This document shows positions 9,191 through 17,700 of a stretch of 64,000 nucleotides of DNA, piece after piece (the first letter of the stretch is position 1; each line of letters begins with the position of its first letter). Position numbers and translations under genes: made by a program. The stretch covers positions 332,670 to 396,669 of the forward strand of contig OY759724.1 in the NCBI GenBank assembly GCA_963662715.1. The letters run 5' to 3'. The notes below the pieces were generated by a model that ran no database searches, was not told the origin of the DNA, and saw nothing but the letters and a program-made list of their open reading frames with translations. The stretch is from Candidatus Omnitrophota bacterium (GTDB lineage: Bacteria; Omnitrophota; Gorgyraeia; Zapsychrales; JANLHA01).

Positions 9191-10188
9191 TTTTCTTCTA
9201 TCCGGGTTAATAATTGCTTCAATTCCGGGCCGAAAATTTTTGAAAACTCGATAGAACCCAGCTGGTTCAGATGCTGGGAATTATAGAAATACTTTTCCTG
9301 CCGCGCCATTTCTGCCGAAGAGTAATCCATAAAAACAATGTCCCGGCCGTCACTCAGTTTTCTATAGATGGCTCTCACTTCATCCAAATTGACAACAAAC
9401 TCGTTGAACTGATAATAAACCGGGGCATAAACAAAAAACAGCCGGATACGTTTCTGCCGGCACAGCTGAACAAGCTCATTCAGAGCGGCCTTCCCCTCCT
9501 CGGTCATTTGCCCTTTAAGGCCTTGCGGATAAAGCCTTTTAACGGTTTTGACATCTTCCTCCTTATTCCAGTCTATGTTCACCGGGCAATAACCTTTGTA
9601 ACAGTCAACCGTATCTTCCCGGCCGGTCAACCCCTGGACCGCATCGACCGTAAAGTCATGACTTAACAGGGCAAAGCTGTATAAAGGGAAATACCTGGCT
9701 AAGATAAAATGTTTCGAAATCCCGGAAAGGGTTTGATAAATCTCTTTTTCGTTCAAATAAGGGATAAACTGTCCCGGATTATACGCCCGGGGCTTACGAA
9801 GGGTATTGCGTCCCACCACCTGAACAATAGCTTCCGGCGGGCGGTTGTATTTCAGGTAGACTTTTAACCGGGCCACCTGCAGGGCCAGGGAATTTCCCAG
9901 CAGGGCGATATTATAGACATCTTTATTCAGGTCCTCTTCCAGCAGAGAAACGTCCATGCCGGCTTGCGCCCGGGAAGCTCCAGTTATCAGGATGTCGGCA
10001 TTAATTTCTCCCCGGACAATACGGTTCCATTCCCCGAAATCGCCGCTTCTCCTCGCGTAAAACCCTTCCATCAAATAAGCCTGGACAGCCAGACTGAGGA
10101 TGACAAATATAACGGGAAAAGCGATCATGTCTCTTGCATTCTGATTCATGGCGTTAAAATTGGAAATAAATAAATTCGATCCCTTCAA
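9187..10188 (-). CDS. DltD/AlgJ-like membrane-anchored protein, the probable partner of the adjacent MBOAT acyltransferase
   Basis: 333 aa with an N-terminal TM helix and an extracytoplasmic domain. It overlaps the MBOAT gene's 3' end by 35 nt, which suggests translational coupling. An alternative start at M14 (10149) lies 4 nt after the MBOAT stop. The family assignment rests on context and weak resemblance. Confidence 0.4.
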   Translation of the reverse strand: MKGSNLFISNFNAMNQNARDMIAFPVIFVILSLAVQAYLMEGFYARRSGDFGEWNRIVRGEINADILITGASRAQAGMDVSLLEEDLNKDVYNIALLGNSLALQVARLKVYLKYNRPPEAIVQVVGRNTLRKPRAYNPGQFIPYLNEKEIYQTLSGISKHFILARYFPLYSFALLSHDFTVDAVQGLTGREDTVDCYKGYCPVNIDWNKEEDVKTVKRLYPQGLKGQMTEEGKAALNELVQLCRQKRIRLFFVYAPVYYQFNEFVVNLDEVRAIYRKLSDGRDIVFMDYSSAEMARQEKYFYNSQHLNQLGSIEFSKIFGPELKQLLTRIEEN

Positions 10189-11587
10189 ATTTCCCCAGAA
10201 AAATAATGCTGAAAAGTACCGCGTAATAAAAAATCCAGCGTGCGAACTTAGGCATCCTTAACGTCAGGTCTCTCAGCCGCCAGCGGCTCTGCAGCAAATG
10301 CACGATAATGAGCAGAGCTATCAAGGCCAAAGATACGGTAAAATCAAAAGTTTTATACGGGAAAGCGTCGTTGCCCCCCGGGCTGAACATATTTATTATA
10401 AGAGTTTTCACATCACGCAGCGACTGGGCTCTAAAAAATATCCATGAAAAAAGCACCAGGTGGTACGTGATGGCGATCCGAAGCATTTTGTACAGGGCCG
10501 GGACTCTCTCCAAATTCAGGAAAGACACCGCCCGGCGGCGCCAGCCTTCCGTCCAGACAGAAAAAAGCATATAAAATCCGTGAAGCGCCCCCCAGACAAC
10601 AAACGTCCAGTTCGCGCCGTGCCAAAGACCGCTGATAACAAAAACGAAAATAAGATTAAGGTACCACCGCTGTACCGGGACGCGGTTGCCGCCGAGAGGA
10701 ATGTACAAATAGTCCCGGAACCAGGTCGACAAAGAAATATGCCAGCGCCTCCAGAACTCGGCAATGGATACGGCAAAATAAGGGCGCCGGAAATTCTCCA
10801 TGATTTCAAAGCCCATGATCCTGGCGGCTCCGATAGCAATATCCGAATAGCCGGAGAAATCGCAATAAATTTGAAAAGCAAAAAACGTCGTGGCGATGTA
10901 AACCGTCGCGCCATGCCATTGCGCGGGATGCCCGTAAACAAAATTCACAAAAAAGGCCAAGCGGTCCGCGATGACGATCTTTTTAAAGAATCCCCATAAC
11001 ATAAGTTTCAGGCCGTCGCACATCCTGGGATAGTCGAAATCATGTTTTTTAAAAAACTGCGGCAACAAGTGGCCGGCCCGCTCAATCGGGCCTGCGACCA
11101 GCTGCGGGAAGAAAGATACGTATAAGGCAAAAACCCCTAAATGCCTTTGAGGCTCCAGTCTTTTACGGTAGACATCAATCGTATAGCTTAGCGTCTGAAA
11201 CGTATAAAAGGATATCCCTAAAGGAAGCAGGACATTCAGATGAGGGAGATACGCGGACAAACCGAGGGTCTTGAACAAGGCGTTAAAACTGGACGAGAAG
11301 AAATTAAAATATTTAAAAACCGCCAGAATGCCCAAATTCGTCATAAGGCTCAGGACAAGAAACATCCGGCGTTTCACAGGGTTTTCCGTCCGCCCCATCT
11401 GCCATCCGGCAGTGTAATCCACCAAGGTTGAAACCACCAGTAAAAGAACATACGGGATGTTCCAGAACATATAAAACACGTAACTCGCCAGAAGAAGCCA
11501 GGCCCAGCGGAAACGGAAAGGGAAAAGGAAATAAAGGGTAACAACGACAGGAAAAAATATTAAAAATTCTAGAGAATTAAAAAGCAT
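10154..11587 (-). CDS. MBOAT-family membrane-bound O-acyltransferase (AlgI/DltB/PatA-like)
   Basis: 477 aa, polytopic. Conserved MBOAT histidine region WRRWHISLSTWFRDYLYIPLGGNR and the C-terminal ...GLWHGANW motif. Confidence 0.8.
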   Translation of the reverse strand: MLFNSLEFLIFFPVVVTLYFLFPFRFRWAWLLLASYVFYMFWNIPYVLLLVVSTLVDYTAGWQMGRTENPVKRRMFLVLSLMTNLGILAVFKYFNFFSSSFNALFKTLGLSAYLPHLNVLLPLGISFYTFQTLSYTIDVYRKRLEPQRHLGVFALYVSFFPQLVAGPIERAGHLLPQFFKKHDFDYPRMCDGLKLMLWGFFKKIVIADRLAFFVNFVYGHPAQWHGATVYIATTFFAFQIYCDFSGYSDIAIGAARIMGFEIMENFRRPYFAVSIAEFWRRWHISLSTWFRDYLYIPLGGNRVPVQRWYLNLIFVFVISGLWHGANWTFVVWGALHGFYMLFSVWTEGWRRRAVSFLNLERVPALYKMLRIAITYHLVLFSWIFFRAQSLRDVKTLIINMFSPGGNDAFPYKTFDFTVSLALIALLIIVHLLQSRWRLRDLTLRMPKFARWIFYYAVLFSIIFLGKFEGIEFIYFQF

Positions 11588-11687
11588 GTGCGGGCTTGAT
11601 TATTGGTATTAGGTGTTTTGCAGAAGTCTCTCTATTTAGAAAATTATACCTTTCCTTCCTTGATTGGGGAAGGACATTCTTGGCTTT

Positions 11688-11732
11688 AAAAAAACGGGAC
11701 AGCATCCTTTTATTATAAAAATGCTGTCCCGT
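11688..11732 (-). terminator. Rho-independent terminator of the giant gene
   Basis: Perfect 12-bp inverted repeat ACGGGACAGCAT...ATGCTGTCCCGT. On the minus strand it is followed by TTTTTTT, and it lies 24 nt after the stop at 11756. Confidence 0.6.
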
Positions 11733-11755
11733 ATCTCTAAACAAACCTGATGTTT

Positions 11756-14700
11756 TTAATTATAATTCAGCATGCTGAGCTTATCATGTTCGTCATCGAA
11801 AAAGAACTGAATATCCGACTCCGCCGGTTCCTGCTGAGGCTTCCGGTCTGCGCCTTTTTCCGCCTCTGTGCCCCGGCCCCGGGTTGTCCCTCGGGCCGGA
11901 ACCGCATCCTCGGCACTCATGCCCAGCAGCATCGGCAGGTTGGGAATCGGCGTAATGTTGATAATAACCGGCAAGAACCCTTCTATATTCATATTCTGAA
12001 TCGGCTGTTGCTGAACAGGTAAAGGAACACCGCTTCCGTCCCGTCTGATCTGCAGGTTCAAAAGCGCCGGATTAAGATCGATACCACCAAGCGGCGAAGA
12101 AGTCGCCGGCGCGGCTCCTATATTCGCTGCCAGCCGTTGAACGGTATTGATAACCTGGCCCACGCCGCCCTTACTGTTCTTTTCTGTTCTCATAAGTTTG
12201 CTGAGGTCACGTTTCGCCTGTTTGGTCGAGATGCTGCCATCAGCGACAGAGACCAGAAGCTCCCTTGTCCCTTTATTTTTCAGATTAAATTTCGTCATAG
12301 CCTTGTCAACGGCTTCGATCGGAGAAGAAACGGCCGCGCTGGCGAGTTCAATGACTTCCGCTGTTGCCAACAGGTTTTGCACGGCAGATTCTTCATTTAC
12401 CCTGTCAAGGACTTCCGTAATGTCCCGGTCGACCCAATCTCCAGGTAATGTCACAGCAACATCAATCCCGGCCTCCTGCCATTGAAAAGCGACACCGGTT
12501 TCATCGGCCCTTACCCCGTCATAACGCAAAACCAAGTTTGCGCCTTCGACAAAAAAGTAGGTCCTCTTCCAAGGGAGGTCCTCCCCTTCATCAAATTCCG
12601 GCAAATTGGTTTTTACGGTCAGCTGTTCAGACAGCTTAAAGGGCACGGACAAATCGGTCAAACGTGTCTCCAGCTGACTCATGGTGTTGATCACAGATTC
12701 TAAGCGCGTCGCCTCTTCGATCGGGATGTCCCGGGCTAATTCAATCTGCAGCTCTTTGGCCGGGAGAATCTCTCCGACCTGCCGTAGAACATCCGCGACC
12801 TGATTCCGGACTGTCTCTAGCCTGGCGCGGTCCTTTTCCACCTCTATTTCAACCTGGGCCAAAAGCTGTTCGGCCTGGGTTAACAAGTCAGCCACCTTTT
12901 CTTTTTCATTCGCGGCAAACTGAATAGGAGAAGAGGCCCCCAACGACATGAAGTCAATTAACGGGAACCGTTCCGGACGCCCGGCATCAAGCATGAGCAG
13001 CTGCAAATCCCGGTTCTCATCCTCCGTCACCCGGACAGCCTCATTAAACACCCGGGCGGCCATAACTAATATTCTCTCAGCCAGAGCCCTGTCAACACCG
13101 TCAATTTCCATTAATTTATTTTCAGCTTCTGTTCTCCGGTCAGCCTTCTCTAATTCTATCGCCTCCTGGATGGCCTGGTAAGCATCGGCCGTCACAAGGT
13201 TATAGCCTAAGGCCAAACTGGCCGGAAGCAGCCTGAACATGGCCTCTCCGACAGGGTAAGCTCCGTCCATCAGCTTGATGCTGAGGATATGGGCGGCTTT
13301 GGCCAAAGGAGGATTCTGTTCAATAAAGACGATCTGATTGGCCAATAAAGCCCGCATAGCGGCATGAATCCAGCCGTTCTGGGCCCCGTTGACCTGCTTA
13401 TCAATATCCACGATTTGATTAATAAGCTGTACGTTCTCTTCGGCTAACCCAATCGTTGAGAGTATCGGGGAAGACACGCCTAAATTCGTATAATCCAAGA
13501 ACTCGATATACTTCGCCTCAACCCCGGTAAGAGCTACGGCAAAAGGCCCGTCTGTAGGAGTCCAGGTTAACAAGACATCCTGAAGAGCAAAAGGATTAGC
13601 ATACTCAAAATCCCCTTGTATTTCCCGGGATACCAGCACAGTTGCATCATCCGGAGCCCTTAATTCCAGACGTGTTGTACTATCAGGCTCATGGACATTA
13701 ACATACAAAACATTTCCGTCATGCTTGAATAAGATCCTTCTTGAAGCGCCCTGATTATTGTCAAGGTTCCGTCCCTCGCTGACCAGAGGCTCTCCCAGCA
13801 CGGCAAAATTCCCCAGCTGGCTTGCTGCTTCATAATTCTCAACTTCGTTATATTTCGTTCTTGCCCGCATCACGGCCGCCTGCCATTCCCCTGCCGAAGC
13901 AGCCGTCTCCAAGGCCTCGGCCAGGACAAACGGACTCTCTGACATCCAGTCGCCGGAAAGGGTTAATTCTTTTATATCCGTCTTGTCGTCCCTGGCGCGT
14001 AAAACAAGCCGGGTCGTCCCTTGTGTATGGTCCCGGTGAGCATAAAGGATACGTCCGTCATGCCCGAACAGGGCTCTCAAAGACGGGCCGTCATTTTCTG
14101 CCCAATTCTGTCCTTCCCGGACCATTGTTTTAACCGGAGAAGCAGCCAACAACGACTCTCCGATATAGGGGTCATGCTGAGCATGCAGGTCTCTGCCTGC
14201 CTCCATATTAGGGATTCCATTCTCGTCTGTCCTCAGCAAGGCAGCTCCCAGACCGGTTCCAGGCCCGATATAAAGAATGCGGGCATTGTCGATTCTTTGC
14301 CCGGACAACTCATATAATGCTGTGGCCCCGGCAAAAGCATCGTTCATCCACACCACGTTATAAGGTTCTCCTAATAAACCCTGCAACGTGCTGGCAGGGT
14401 TCACACCGAAAAATTGCGGGCGGTTGGGCCAGCTTTCTTGAGCGATAGCGCCATCAGCCTCTTTTTTCCCCGGATGCCCGACCCCGATTTCAAAGGAAAC
14501 CTCGTATTGTTCAGTCTCTAATTCATTCCGTAAAGTATTAATAAGAGGAAGCAGTGCGCTGTAATATTCTTCCGGTTGAACTTGTGCGATATCACGGTCT
14601 AATACAAACCGCTGCATCCCTCCTACAAATTGCACAAAATTTCCGTTTTCATCAAACTGGATCCCCTGCATCTTGGCAGAGGTCCCGCCCACATCAACAC

Positions 14701-17700
14701 CGATCACAACCTTGTTCCGTCTAAGGTCTTGATCAACCAGCAATGCTGCTCCTAATATCCCTGCTTCTTCCGCAACCATTTGATTTTCAGCTGAAAGGAT
14801 CGGCAGTATCGTAACGCCGGTTCCCAACACGCTTCGGATCTTCTGTTCCAGGATATTGCGGATAAAAGGATTATTGCTAATAGCCCCGCCGATCTCAATA
14901 ACGTTAATGCCTTTCCACTCATCTTCGATGGCTCTTAAAGCTTCTCCATCCTGACTCCGCAAGGCCCCTTCCATCAGCAGAGACGCAAACTGCGCATAAA
15001 CACCCCCGACAAATTCCAGCACCTGAGTGATAACATCTGCGGCCTCGGAATCGGGATAAGTTTGCAAGACCCAGCCCATAAACCTGGTATCCAGATTCCC
15101 CTGATATTCGGCCAACAGGTCCGTAAACAGGTCCTTGTTTTCCTTAAGGAGCTGTTCATTCACCTGGGCGAACATCCGGTTAATCGCCGTAGTCGAAGAA
15201 AGGTTCTCCGTTGTTAATCTTTCTGTTGTAAAAGACACCAGCACTTCACGCCCGTCCCGCAGGGAAATGGCTACAGGGATGGCTTCTAACGGCGAAGAAC
15301 CCAAGTTATTTTTTAAAGCGACAATATCTTTCACGGAATAGGGCTTCATGAAAATATCCGTAAAAAGGCCGCCTTTTAAACCTGTCGCGGCATCAACCTG
15401 CTGAAGCTCCTCCAGATTCGGGGCAAAACCCGTCGTGAGGATGATGGGGAGATCTCTTACCGCCCGGATCTCTCTGGCAAGTTGTTCGCCGGTCATCTGA
15501 GGCATGACGAAATCTGTCACCACCAGATCAATATCCGGATTCTCGTTAAACACTCTCAAGCCTTCTTCTCCGTTATCGGCGCGAATGACTTCCGCTTCGC
15601 CGAAAACCGCACCGAAGAGCTGCGCAGCCACATCTCCGACCATCTCTTCATCGTCCACAACAAGAATTTTCTTGATGGGCGTCGAAACCACGGCAGCAGT
15701 GGTGGTGGTAATTTTATCTTTTAAAGCGGTTAACTGCTCAAACTCATAAGGTTTATCCAGGACTTCATCAAATAATCCGCCCTTTAAACCGGTCGCTTCA
15801 TCCACGGCCGTTAATGTGTCGTCTATCGTCCCTGACAACAAGACAACCGGGACATTGTTTCCTGCGGCCCTCAACTCACGGGTGAACTGATCTCCGGTCA
15901 TAACAGGCATTTGCAAATCCGTTACAACCAGGTCAAAATCCCCGGACTCCCGGAAGGTCTGAAGGGCTTCCTGCCCGTTGTCTGCGGTAACGACTTCCAC
16001 GTCCCCGAACACGTCTTTCAAATCTTCGCTCACCAGGAGCAAAATGGATTTTGAATCATCGACCAGGAGGATCTTCTGAATCGGAGAAGCCACCGGGGCC
16101 GCTCTCAAGGAAGACTCTACCTGCGAGATAAACGCCTGCAAGTCTTCTGAATATTTGTTCGCCTGAATGATTCCCGACAATATTTCACTGACTTCTGTCT
16201 CTGTCGCCTGCGCGGCGGCAACATAAGCCCCTTCTATCTCAAAGAATACTTCGGCCACGATTTCCCCTGTCCTCCCATCATATAATTTATGAGAAATCTG
16301 GTTGGCCCCAGCAACCTCTTCCCCGATAACCATTACAGGGTTATTATCCCGCATAACCAATATGGTACGGGCAAAGGATTGCGGATGATAAGTCCGGATG
16401 ATACCCGTCTGCCCCTGGGCCATGGTCAACAATTCCAGCCCCGTTGTATCGATGACCGGGGATGAAGCAGGCGGCGTTGTCCTTACGAGCTCTAAGGCTC
16501 TAGCCGCATCCTCTTCCGTAATTCCAATCAAATCATTACGGAAAGAAACCCCGGCGCTTCTTTCTGCATCTTCCAAGCTCCCTGCCGTAAAATTGAACTT
16601 CCGCAGATCCTCCAGCCGAAAAGTAAAATACTGCGATATTTGGGCCGCTGTCGGAACCCGCCCTTGACTTGCTTCTATATCCATCCATTGCCGAAACAAC
16701 TCAATATCATCCCTATCCACCTCATATTCGCCCGTTACCATTCTCTCTATGGCAGCCGGCAACCCCGTCATCCATCCCCGATATCTCGGATGACTCAAGA
16801 TATACTTCTCTACCCCTACGGGCAGAAACGTTATGTCTTTTTCCGGGTCGGAGGAAAAATGCTCCCGGATATTCGTGGAGGATGTCCCGAACAAATTAAT
16901 ATGTCCTATCGGCCTTATAAATCCTCTTGCCATGTATTCCTTCATTTGAGCCACTTCCACCGGCATAGGCAGACTTTCAAATAATTCCCTGAAGTTGAAG
17001 GCCAACATCATGTCGATATTATTTCTTTGAAGATGGTCGGCCAACTCCTCTTTCATCCGGTCCATCTTTAAGACCGTATCCGGCTGAGGATGATCCCCGT
17101 CCATTTTAGGAGTCCTGTACCCATCGGTATCCATGTCGCTTGACGGGGCATAAACATGCATATGGTCCCCGCCGACCGCTGTATAGACCCACGTTGTCTT
17201 TCCTGTTCTGCCCCCGTTGATTTCAATCAGTTTCTTGTACTTCGTTTCGCCATCCGCCTCTGAACCGTTCAAAACTTTTGACAAGACAAGAAGTCCGTCA
17301 AAAAGATCCACCCATTCCTGCGCCATTTCATCGCGCTCCTCAAAAGTCGGGTTCAGCCCCTTCTTCTGCTTGCGGTAATCAAAGGCATGGTTGACGACAC
17401 CAACCTGGGAAATTTTCAATTGCGCCATGGCCCGCAAAACCGGTTCGAACTGGCCGAAATGCAGAGGATTCAACGCTGAGGCATAAACACCGACGATCGT
17501 ATCCCCGGTATCTGTTTCCTGCCCCGTAAACTCCGCGTCCTGTTCACTCCAGCGCACCTGCTGCAATTGCATCTCCCCGTTCATCATATGGACGCCGATT
17601 TCCCATAAAGATTCCTTCACCTTTCGTGTCCATTCACCGGCCAATTGCTCGTTTCGACCCGGTTCCTGACGCAGACTCCGCCTCACAAGATTATCAAAGA

